Position numbers and translations under genes: made by a program. A stretch of 64,000 nt of DNA from Bacillota bacterium (GTDB lineage: Bacteria; Bacillota; UBA5301; JAMCQP01). Positions 10,069-18,343 of the stretch are shown here, in pieces. The stretch covers positions 6,263 to 70,262 of the forward strand of contig JAMCQP010000045.1 in the NCBI GenBank assembly GCA_023381695.1. Direction: 5' to 3'. Position 1 is the stretch's first letter. Each line of letters starts with the position of its first letter. The notes beneath the pieces were generated by a model. It had not been told where the DNA came from, did no database searches, and was given only the letters and a program-made list of their open reading frames with translations.

Positions 10069-10392
10069 TTACTCTCTCACACTCTCCTCAACCGCAAACT
10101 TCACGTCGCAGTCCTGGTCAGCAGCCAGCAGACAGCGAAGAATCTGTTCTTTTGTCACCTCAAAAACCGATCCTCCGCCGTCCAACTCCCCAAAACTAAA
10201 GAGGCGGGCCTCGATGCGCCCCTTCTCATCTTTAAGTTGCTCGTACGCCTTTCGAATCTCCTGAAACGCAACCGGGTCCTTCTCCGGCCCCTGTTTCCTC
10301 ACCATATGGAGGTAAGACCGTCTGATCTCCTCAGATGAGGCTTCCCGGCCAACTCCTAAAACCTCAAAGGGGTTGTGTTCCTGCTCACTCAT
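10069..10392 (-). CDS. Small J-domain (DnaJ-like) protein, 107 aa, with HPD replaced by GPE
   Basis: NPFEVLGVGREASSEEIRRSY..MVRKQGPEKDPVAFQEIRKAYEQL; ATG at 10392 overlaps the end of the TPR gene. Confidence 0.82.
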   Translation of the reverse strand: MSEQEHNPFEVLGVGREASSEEIRRSYLHMVRKQGPEKDPVAFQEIRKAYEQLKDEKGRIEARLFSFGELDGGGSVFEVTKEQILRCLLAADQDCDVKFAVEESVRE

Positions 10393-12442
10393 CGGCAAAC
10401 TCCTCCTTGAACTCCTTAAAGCTCCTCTCCGTTCTTTCGGTCTCCTTGAGACAGTCTCGAGCCTCGGCCACCAGGTCGCTTTGGCCGGTCTGACGGCCAA
10501 ACTCGATGGCAAAGCGAATTTCTGTCTTTGCCCTTTCAAAATCATCTTCATCGAGATAACATAGGGCCATGGACAATCGAAGGTGCCCTGCAAGCGCCAA
10601 CCCTTCTTGATTCCGGGGCGCTGCCTCCAGGGCGATCTTAAAGTACTGGAGAGCCTCGGCCGGCCGTTCCTTTTCCTGCCAGTATTCCGCGATAAAGGTA
10701 CTCATCGCGGCAAAGTCCAGGGGTTTGAGGTTCTTCTTCCCGATCTCCACGGCTTCTTTAAAATTGCGTTTTGCCGCCGCATACTTCCTCAAGTCCAGAT
10801 AGGTCTTGCCAATCTCCACCCGGTACTCCTCGTCGCCCGGAGCAAGCTCCTTTCCCTTATTAAAGTGGATCTCGGCCTGCCTTTTGTTGCCCGTAATCAG
10901 ATAATAACGGCCCGCGGTGAGATATGCCCCGGGCTTGCCCCCGGCCCTTGCCAGAAGAAGCTGCACCGTCTCTCTGGCCTTATCGTCCTCGCCCGCAATC
11001 TGATAGACGGCCAGCATCGCACCATAAAGCGGGACCTCATCAGGCACAAGAATAATGGCCCTTTGTGCATGCGCAATGGCGCCCGCCCGGTCCTTCTCCT
11101 TGGAAATCGCATGAACGGCTGTCCGAGCCAGGGCATACGCATATTGTTTCCGGAATATGGAATTGGACTGGTTGGTTTCAAAAAGCTGCGTCCAATACTC
11201 AAGGGCTTCTTTTCTCCTGCCGAGAGCTTCCAGGGCCCTGGCGGCATAGCCCATGATCTCCGGGTCTCGTTCCTGAGCTTTCATCAGAGATTCGGCCAGT
11301 TCCAGGGCCTTGGACCAACGCCCGGCAAGCGTATATTCCCTGACAAGTTCCTTTCGGGCTTCCCGATTTGACGGATCAAAATTTGCGGCCCGTTCCAGAT
11401 CACGAAGCGCTTCATCTTCATTGCCTATTTCCAGATGAAGCCTGGATAAGTGGAAGTAGGCCACGGAAAGTGCCCGGGCGGCCCCTTTGGTCTTCTTGGA
11501 TTTCAACTCTTTTTTCCAACCATTCACCACCCGGCTCCAGTAGTCGAGGGCCTGTTCATTCTCCTCCAGACGCTCGCAGGCAATGGCCGTATTTTGGAGC
11601 AACTGCAGGTTGTTGGGATCCAGTGCTTCCGCCTTCCGCCAGTCCGAAACCGCGCTCCGGTAATCTCCAGCCTTGGCCCGCCTGTTACCCCTGAGGATGT
11701 AGGCTTTGCCCAGAGCCTTCCGCGAATCAAGGGGCGCGCGCCTGCCAGAGCCAGAGCCTTTTTGCCAGGCTTCAATGGCCAGATCCCAGGCCTTTGAAGC
11801 CTCGTCAATCCTGTCCAGCCTCGCATAAACATCCCCAAGGGCATGAAAGATCTCTCCACCCGTATCGCCGCTCTTGCAGGCGCTTTCCAGGTAACTTGCC
11901 GCGGTCTCGGCGCCGCCCGTGACAACGCTTAGAAGACCCATGGCGGCAAGGACGCTGCTTGCCTCCCCCGGCGACGCATCTTTGAGCCCGGCCAGGGATT
12001 CCATGGCTTTCCGGGGGTCATCGCCGGCCAGATCAGCCAGCGCCAGGAGGCGGATCCATCTTGCGACGGCGCCATCTTTTTTGAGTTCTTCCTTTGCCAT
12101 CCGGCGAGCCTCATCCAACCTGCCGGTAAGAACGTAGACGATGCCGAGATTATATCGATACCTGTAGTTGCCGGGAGCAAGTCTCATGGCCCGCTCCATA
12201 TTGGCCACGGCCTTTTCGCCGGCGCCTTCCTGCTGGTGAGCAAGGCCCAGATAATAGAAATAGGCCGGGTTATCGAGCACCAGCCCCGCCGCCTGCGAAA
12301 ACTCCGCCACGGCAAACCTGGCCCGCCCTTGCTGGTAATGTTCCATCCCCCGCGCGAAATGGGCTTCCGCTCGGTCGGATAGGTTTGCCAACACTTTAGG
12401 GGCCGGGGGAATAAAACCCTTTTTCTTCGCCTTCCTGGCCAT
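10385..12442 (-). CDS. Large multi-TPR repeat protein (685 aa)
   Basis: Many TPR-like units (e.g. YFYYLGLAHQQEGAGEKAVANMERAMRLAPGN; AYILRGNRRAKAGDYRSAVSDWRKAEALDPNN); no signal peptide or TM segment evident. Confidence 0.88.
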   Translation of the reverse strand: MARKAKKKGFIPPAPKVLANLSDRAEAHFARGMEHYQQGRARFAVAEFSQAAGLVLDNPAYFYYLGLAHQQEGAGEKAVANMERAMRLAPGNYRYRYNLGIVYVLTGRLDEARRMAKEELKKDGAVARWIRLLALADLAGDDPRKAMESLAGLKDASPGEASSVLAAMGLLSVVTGGAETAASYLESACKSGDTGGEIFHALGDVYARLDRIDEASKAWDLAIEAWQKGSGSGRRAPLDSRKALGKAYILRGNRRAKAGDYRSAVSDWRKAEALDPNNLQLLQNTAIACERLEENEQALDYWSRVVNGWKKELKSKKTKGAARALSVAYFHLSRLHLEIGNEDEALRDLERAANFDPSNREARKELVREYTLAGRWSKALELAESLMKAQERDPEIMGYAARALEALGRRKEALEYWTQLFETNQSNSIFRKQYAYALARTAVHAISKEKDRAGAIAHAQRAIILVPDEVPLYGAMLAVYQIAGEDDKARETVQLLLARAGGKPGAYLTAGRYYLITGNKRQAEIHFNKGKELAPGDEEYRVEIGKTYLDLRKYAAAKRNFKEAVEIGKKNLKPLDFAAMSTFIAEYWQEKERPAEALQYFKIALEAAPRNQEGLALAGHLRLSMALCYLDEDDFERAKTEIRFAIEFGRQTGQSDLVAEARDCLKETERTERSFKEFKEEFADE

Positions 12443-12511
12443 AGCAACGTGTTACTCCCATATTTCTTGTATTTCAAATATGCAATTATATGGCATCCCT
12501 GGTTTTTTATA

Positions 12512-12536
12512 ATTCAACTCATTACAGCAAAATCCT
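12512..12536 (-). promoter_or_regulatory. Sigma-H-like promoter for the TPR-J-GrpE-Hsp70 operon
   Basis: AGGATTT-14 nt-GAAT, ~70 nt upstream of the TPR start. Confidence 0.55.
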
Positions 12537-12573
12537 GCACGCTGCAAAGTATGGGCGCATTGAAGGCCGGCAA

Positions 12574-12642
12574 GCCTTTGCCGCCACCGTGCTGGGGCTC
12601 AATCTGACAGGAGATGGGCTCCGTGATCTGCTGGATCCACGT
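12574..12642 (+). pseudogene. 3' remnant of a DppC/OppC-type peptide ABC permease
   Basis: Translates AFAATVLGLNLTGDGLRDLLDPR, matching the C-terminal signature of intact OppC in this window (LAFNFLGDGLRDALDPR); the rest of the gene is absent. Confidence 0.8.
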
Positions 12643-12700
12643 TGTCAAGCTTTGAAACCAAGATGCTATCCCATTTCTTGAACCTTCTCCGCCAGGGTAG

Positions 12701-13714
12701 TCACTTATGGCTGATCTGATCCAGCACCAGGCCGGCCGCGCCGAGAACGCCGGAATCGCCTCCCAGAAGCGCCGGAACAATCTTCACGTCCTTGACAACC
12801 GCCGCCAGAGCCCGTTCCCGCATCGTTTTCCGCGCCGGTTCAAAGAGCTCTTCGCCAATCCTGGAGACCCCGCCGCCGATCACGATCATCTCGGGGTCAA
12901 AGATGTTGACAAGGTTCGCCAGGCCGATCCCAAGATAATTACCGGCCTGGTGAATCACTTCTCTGGCGAATGAGTCGCCTTCCCGGAGCGCCTCGCCCAC
13001 CAACCTGGCCGTAACCCTTGCCGGATCCCCGTTGGTCTTTTCCCGCAGGGTGGTGGCCACCCCCGCTCTGATCCCTTCCGCCGCCTCCCTGGCAATGGCC
13101 GTCCCCGAAGCAAGCGCCTCCAGGCAGCCAAAGTTCCCGCAACCGCACCGGGGGCCATCCGGCTTGATGGTCATGTGGCCGATTTCTCCGGCATTTCCAT
13201 GACTCCCACGGTAGAGCCGGCCGTTGATGATCATCCCGCCGCCGATGCCCGTGCTGACCGTCATGTAGATCATATTTGGGACGCCCTTGCCGGCGCCGAA
13301 GCGGCTCTCCGCCATGGCCGCCACGCTGGCGTCGTTATCCAGATAGGTGGGCAGGCCGAAGGCCGCCGCGATAGGATCGCAAATGGGGATATTCTCCCAC
13401 TTGAGGTTAGGCGAGTAGAGCACAATCCCTTTTTTAACATCCAGCGGCCCGGGAGAGCCGATGCCGATGCCCAGAACCTCTTCCGACGACACCTTCCGGC
13501 CATCCACGACAGTATTCATAACCGCCCGGATGCTGTCGACAATCCGGCTGATCACCGCGCCGGCCCCTTCCTGGGCTCCGGTTGGGACCTCGGCCCGCTG
13601 TAGAATCCGGCCATGGATGTCGGTCAAGGCGGTGGCCACCTTCGTCCCGCCCAGATCAACCCCGATGGTATAACGGCCGCCGGTTTTATCGCCGGTTTCG
13701 AATCTATCCGCCAT
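12701..13714 (-). CDS. ROK-family sugar kinase (glucokinase-like)
   Basis: IGVDLGGTK, GIGSPGP, DNDA, STGIGGG, GEIGHM, CGCGNFGCLEA. Confidence 0.93.
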   Translation of the reverse strand: MADRFETGDKTGGRYTIGVDLGGTKVATALTDIHGRILQRAEVPTGAQEGAGAVISRIVDSIRAVMNTVVDGRKVSSEEVLGIGIGSPGPLDVKKGIVLYSPNLKWENIPICDPIAAAFGLPTYLDNDASVAAMAESRFGAGKGVPNMIYMTVSTGIGGGMIINGRLYRGSHGNAGEIGHMTIKPDGPRCGCGNFGCLEALASGTAIAREAAEGIRAGVATTLREKTNGDPARVTARLVGEALREGDSFAREVIHQAGNYLGIGLANLVNIFDPEMIVIGGGVSRIGEELFEPARKTMRERALAAVVKDVKIVPALLGGDSGVLGAAGLVLDQISHK

Positions 13715-13755
13715 GATTTCTCCCCCAAAGCCTTACAACTTTGATTTGACCGTCC

Positions 13756-14823
13756 CTATTTCACCGTGGCCAGCTGCCCTTTCAGGTAGTCGATGGACTT
13801 TACCGGCGTGGGGTCAATGCCGTTGAGGATCGCCAGGTAGTAACTGGCCCAGTCGCCGATATGAATCAAGGAAAACATCCGTGCCAGCACGGAATCGCCG
13901 CTGCTCCACACCTCGTCAATGCCGCCGGCATGGCCCCGCATGATGGTGGCGGTGGCCTCCATCCGCTTTTGCATCTTGGGCGAATCCTCGCGATCCTTAA
14001 GGATCGCCACCGCGATCTGTTTGGTGACGGCGGGCGGCGCCTCCCAGCCGACGGTTTCGTTATGGTTCAGTTCGGGAAACGCATTCCACGCCGCGGTGTT
14101 CTTCGCATTTTCGTTCATCTGGCCCTTCCAGCGGGTGGCCACCACGGCCTTCCAGGGCTGGGAGCCGTAGATGCATGGAATTTTGCCATAAAAATGCTCG
14201 GCCAGCTGCTTGGACTGGTTGTCAGCGGCGGGCGCCCCGGGGGAGAGCTTGTCGCGCACCTTCTTGATCAGCCCGACCATCTCCTTGAACTCCGCCGTCT
14301 TGTCCTTGCACAACCCGAGGCGCTGCAAGATGAGCAGGATGGGCACAAAAGAGTAGCCCAGCGCCGCCCGGGGCATGATCCCGCCGGGGATGGTCACCAG
14401 CGGAAAGCCATCCGCCGCGGCCTTTTTGGCCAGTTCCCCCCCGCTGGTAATCGCGATGATCTGGGCGCCCTTCTTTTTGGCGATATCGTAGGCGCTCAGG
14501 GTCTCCTCGGTGTTCCCGGAATAGCTGGAGGCCAGCACCAGGGTCTGCGGCCCGACAAAGGCGGGTGGCGTATAATCGCGGAGCACCAGAAACGGGATCT
14601 CCATCTCGCTTTCCAGCAAGGAGCGGACCAGGTCCCCTCCGATCGCCGAGCCGCCCATGCCGAAGAGCACCACCTGGGCGGGCTTTTGCTTTAGAGGCGG
14701 TAACTCGGCTTTCATCCCGATATCAAACGCCTTCTCGCATTGCTCGGGAAACTGGTAGATCAGTTCCCCCATCCCCTGTGGATCCTGTTCCTTGAAAACC
14801 TTGCCGTCGTCCAGTTTTGGCAT
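13756..14823 (-). CDS. Bifunctional phosphoglucose/phosphomannose isomerase (SIS domain)
   Basis: GMGGSAIGG, SSYSGNTEET, MPRAALGY, RWKGQMNENAK, PELNHNE, DPTPV; start MPKLDD chosen from AAGGAG spacing. Confidence 0.9.
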   Translation of the reverse strand: MPKLDDGKVFKEQDPQGMGELIYQFPEQCEKAFDIGMKAELPPLKQKPAQVVLFGMGGSAIGGDLVRSLLESEMEIPFLVLRDYTPPAFVGPQTLVLASSYSGNTEETLSAYDIAKKKGAQIIAITSGGELAKKAAADGFPLVTIPGGIMPRAALGYSFVPILLILQRLGLCKDKTAEFKEMVGLIKKVRDKLSPGAPAADNQSKQLAEHFYGKIPCIYGSQPWKAVVATRWKGQMNENAKNTAAWNAFPELNHNETVGWEAPPAVTKQIAVAILKDREDSPKMQKRMEATATIMRGHAGGIDEVWSSGDSVLARMFSLIHIGDWASYYLAILNGIDPTPVKSIDYLKGQLATVK

Positions 14824-14857
14824 TGCCATGACTCCTTTCGTCCGTGTCCGTGTTTCT

Positions 14858-14882
14858 ATTCCATACCACCTATTGTTTTCCT
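14858..14882 (-). promoter_or_regulatory. Sigma-H-like promoter upstream of pgi/pmi
   Basis: AGGAAAA-14 nt-GAAT. Confidence 0.45.
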
Positions 14883-14953
14883 CCTGCGGTGGAAAAAATG
14901 TGGCGGATGGACAAGCCACCTCTTCACCTCCGTGCACAGGAAACATGAACGCC

Positions 14954-14980
14954 AAAAAGCCCCCGGGGTTAACCGGGGGC
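14954..14980 (-). terminator. Rho-independent terminator after the putative porin gene
   Basis: GCCCCCGG-TTAACC-CCGGGGGC followed by TTTTT on the minus strand. Confidence 0.85.
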
Positions 14981-15063
14981 CTCGTCGTCCGTGAATTGCG
15001 ATGATTGGTGTCGTGATTCTCTCCGGGAGCCGCAATGGCCCCCGGAAGGTTTGCTATTCGGTT

Positions 15064-16452
15064 TTAGAATTCCACGCTCATGCCGGCGGTCGCCGAGACC
15101 TGGCCCTGGGTGTGATCCTTGTCGTTGAGGTACTTCATGCCAAGGGTCACGCCGTTCGGAGCCTCGTACTTGGCGTTGGCCTCGTACTCGGTCGGCTGGA
15201 CGTTCTCCTGGAAGAACTTCACGCGGCCGTCCAGGGCGAGCGGCAGTACGTTGAGCTTGCTGCTGACCTTGAACTCGTGGGAGGTCTCTTCTTTGTTGGT
15301 AACCGTGTTCATTTTGGCAATTGCTGCCGTGTAATTGCCGGTGACGTCCATTCCGAAGAGCTCCACACTCTTTTCCACGCCAGCCAGGACATCGGTGACC
15401 TTCGTGTCGGTGGCCTTCACTTCGCTGTTCAGCTTGTAACCGGCCAGCTCGGTGTCGGCCTTGACATCGGTCGCCTTATTCGGGTTGTCGTAATCGGCGG
15501 AGAGGTTCACGCCGTAGACCATCGTGGAAGCGCCGACATTGAAGCCCGTCATGAGATCGTGAGCGGCAAGACTGGTTTCATCCTTCTCGATGTAACCGTT
15601 TCCATCAGAATCTGCACGAGTTGCATAGATCGGGCTGAATGTCTTGTCAGCACCCCGGTAGCCAGCCCTGACCGTCAGATTCTCCATCGGCGATACCGCG
15701 GCGTTCACCTTGTAAGCAGATTGCTCGTGAAGGTCACGGGCGTAAACGCCATCGAGGGTAACCATCGGGATCGGAGCGAACTTGCCGTTGAGGGCGTACT
15801 CAAACCCGTCGTGGACCTTTACCACATCGGCGCCCAGGTCGGCGCCCATGATGCTGGCGTTGATCCTGCCACCGTAGGTTTCCCCGAAGGATACCGTTGC
15901 ATCGGGTACCAATGTCGTGGCAATATCAGAGGAGAAGATCGAGTGATCGCCCGGAGCTACCCAGAAGGCGTCCATCCCAACAGGTCCGGCCTTGATGCCT
16001 TCCACGGAGATGCCTTTCCGGTTGCCGAGGTTGGCCACATAGTCGTTCTGGTTGATGGTTACATCACCGATGGTGGTCCGGATGGCCGGCCCATTGGCCC
16101 AGAACGGCCCGTCAGCCTGGAGGTACGCCTTGTTGAGTTCGATGCCGGTAATGCCCAGTTTGTCAAAACTGACATTGCCGTCGCGATCCAACAAGTTCGC
16201 TGGATTGGTCGTCGGCGCCAGCTCCAGGTAGGCTTTCACCTTCTGCGGGTTCTCAGCACCGATGCCGATGTTGAGCTGCATGAGGGTCTTACCGCTGACA
16301 ACAGGGGCACCAACAGCCTTGCCGGTCACGGTGCCATTCATCTCGGTGCTCAGCTTGCCACTGACGGATATGTTGCCAGCCGCCAGAGCGATTGCCGGAG
16401 CAACCAGGGCGAAGACCAGTGCCATGGCCACTAGAATAGCTACTTTCTTCAT
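15064..16452 (-). CDS. Secreted protein, putative outer-membrane beta-barrel (porin-like)
   Basis: Sec signal peptide (MKKVAILV...ALA/A), alternating amphipathic beta-strand pattern, no Cys, C-terminal ...AGMSVEF resembling a BAM beta-signal. Confidence 0.7.
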   Translation of the reverse strand: MKKVAILVAMALVFALVAPAIALAAGNISVSGKLSTEMNGTVTGKAVGAPVVSGKTLMQLNIGIGAENPQKVKAYLELAPTTNPANLLDRDGNVSFDKLGITGIELNKAYLQADGPFWANGPAIRTTIGDVTINQNDYVANLGNRKGISVEGIKAGPVGMDAFWVAPGDHSIFSSDIATTLVPDATVSFGETYGGRINASIMGADLGADVVKVHDGFEYALNGKFAPIPMVTLDGVYARDLHEQSAYKVNAAVSPMENLTVRAGYRGADKTFSPIYATRADSDGNGYIEKDETSLAAHDLMTGFNVGASTMVYGVNLSADYDNPNKATDVKADTELAGYKLNSEVKATDTKVTDVLAGVEKSVELFGMDVTGNYTAAIAKMNTVTNKEETSHEFKVSSKLNVLPLALDGRVKFFQENVQPTEYEANAKYEAPNGVTLGMKYLNDKDHTQGQVSATAGMSVEF

Positions 16453-16791
16453 TGAATGTCCCCCTTAGTTTTTGTGTGCGTTTTTGAGAATGGGCTGCGA
16501 ATCTTGCCATGTTTGTGCTGCGAATAGTGCTTCTTTGCTGCGTCTTAATGTCGGATCTTGCTGTGTCTGGTGCTGCGTCCGGGGAACCCGCGCCATGAGT
16601 ATCCTTGTTTCCTCATCTTGCCGTCCCCCTGTCTGCGTTTCTTGCTGCTATTTTATTACCACCGTCTGCGCGTCCGTATGGCACTAAATGGGGTTCACCT
16701 CCTCTCTAACCACGCGGTGCAGGACGATGATAAACTTGAAAACCTGGACATCTGGTTGGTTGACTTTAAGCAAAATTTCATCGAACGCTAT

Positions 16792-16811
16792 AATGACTTA
16801 TGTAAGTCATT
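16792..16811. promoter_or_regulatory. Perfect inverted repeat, putative operator upstream of the porin gene
   Basis: AATGACTTA-TG-TAAGTCATT. Confidence 0.55.
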
Positions 16812-17056
16812 TGATCGGTAAAATGTCCGCGTCTTTGGATTGAAATGTTGCTCTTCCTTTATGACGTTGGGGGCCATGGCGGCCTTGCTCTTGATGGTCG
16901 CTATTGGTTTGTCGCCATCTGGTTTTCGTCTAATAAATTCTGCGCGACAGGTACTTTTCCTGCACCTCATTGCGGTGAAACTTCTGCCATAAATGGCAAA
17001 TCAGAGGAAACGATCAATGGATAGACAGCCGGTACAGGTGGATTATGGTCCGCCGC

Positions 17057-18343
17057 TCAATGATCAGCGGCGTTGATCTCTTCCACCCGGTTCCACAAGG
17101 ACCTGGCCTGCTGCCGGTCCCGCACCAGCGGGTGAGCGGCCAACGCCTCCACCGCCAGGTCGCCGGACTTTTCCGCGGCGGCCCTCACCGCAAGTTGCTC
17201 GTAAGCCTTGACGCGCCTGAGCAATTCCAGGATCTGTGCGGGGATCGGCCCTTGCGCCACGGGGTTGATCATTCCACCACCCACCAGGGTAGGCACCTCA
17301 ATCACCGCATCGTCCGGCAGTTCCGGGCAAATCCCATTGTTGGCGGTGATCATTATATGCCTGGCCGGCGGTCCGTTATTCACCAGTGATCGCAGGAGCG
17401 GAACAATCACCTCCCCATACCAGATGGCGTGGCGCTCCTCGACCAGCGCCGGTTTGCCGCCCGCCGGATCAGTGTATGCCTCACTGAGCCGCTCTTCTAC
17501 CTCAAGCAGATACTCCGCCCGCGTGGGCTTTCCCGCTGCTGCCCTGGCCAACCGCTCCGCATGGTAATAGTACTTCAGGTAGGGCAGCGGGATTAACCCG
17601 AGCCGGCGCACTACCCCGCCATCGATGCCAGGGCCGAGGTCCGCCGCCCGCTCCATGAGCAGCGGCATCAGATCCCTCCCACCCGCGTTCACCGAACCGA
17701 ACCAGCCCAGGTGGTTCAATGCGTAATACTTGTAATCAAGTTCTTCTCTGCCGCTAACGCCCGCGACCCGGGCCATCTTGTCCAATAAAGCCACCGGCAG
17801 ATCGCAGGCTCCGAAGACCTTGACTTTCGTGTAACGTTTGACCGCCTCCACGGTAATCCCGGCAGGATTCGTGAGCATCACCAGCACCGTGGCGGGCGAA
17901 TATCTCTCGATCTCCCGGGCAATCTCCAGAACAACCGGCACGGTCCGCATCGCATTGGCAAAGCCACCGGGTCCCGTGGTCTCCTCCCCAATAATCCCGA
18001 ACTCCAGCGGGAACCGCTCATCCATTGCCCGGGCGGCCATTCCACCGACCCGTACCTGGCAGAGCACAAAGTCCATCCCTTCAATCGCCACCCGGCGTTC
18101 GGTGGTCGTCCGCACTTTCAGGGGGCTCCCGGCGGCATCGGCAATCTTCTGGCAGACCCGCCCCACCTGCTCCAGCTTCTCCGGCGAGCGCCCGTTGAGC
18201 ACAACCTCTGCCACCGGCAGCTCGCTTTGCTTTCGTACCAGCGCCTCGACAAATTCGGGCGTATAATACCCGCTGCCGCCAATCACCCCGATGCGCAGCC
18301 CGGATTTTCCATTGCCTGCCCGCTCAAAGTACAAATCGTTCAA
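17057..18343 (-). CDS. Family 4 glycoside hydrolase (6-phospho-beta-glucosidase-like)
   Basis: IGGSGYYTPE, QVRVGGM, GEETTGPGG, TNPAG, GACDLP, ALNHLGW. Confidence 0.9.
   Translation of the reverse strand: MNDLYFERAGNGKSGLRIGVIGGSGYYTPEFVEALVRKQSELPVAEVVLNGRSPEKLEQVGRVCQKIADAAGSPLKVRTTTERRVAIEGMDFVLCQVRVGGMAARAMDERFPLEFGIIGEETTGPGGFANAMRTVPVVLEIAREIERYSPATVLVMLTNPAGITVEAVKRYTKVKVFGACDLPVALLDKMARVAGVSGREELDYKYYALNHLGWFGSVNAGGRDLMPLLMERAADLGPGIDGGVVRRLGLIPLPYLKYYYHAERLARAAAGKPTRAEYLLEVEERLSEAYTDPAGGKPALVEERHAIWYGEVIVPLLRSLVNNGPPARHIMITANNGICPELPDDAVIEVPTLVGGGMINPVAQGPIPAQILELLRRVKAYEQLAVRAAAEKSGDLAVEALAAHPLVRDRQQARSLWNRVEEINAADH

Noticed and set aside
12443-12570. CIRCE element for the Hsp70 operon
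   Set aside because: No TTAGCACTC-N9-GAGTGCTAA or close variant is present.
15001-16434. 477-aa plus-strand ORF opposite the porin
   Set aside because: Shadow ORF; the minus-strand gene has the signal peptide, RBS and terminator.
16453-16720. CRISPR-like array in the porin leader
   Set aside because: Repeats are only 7-9 nt, irregularly spaced, with no cas genes in the window.
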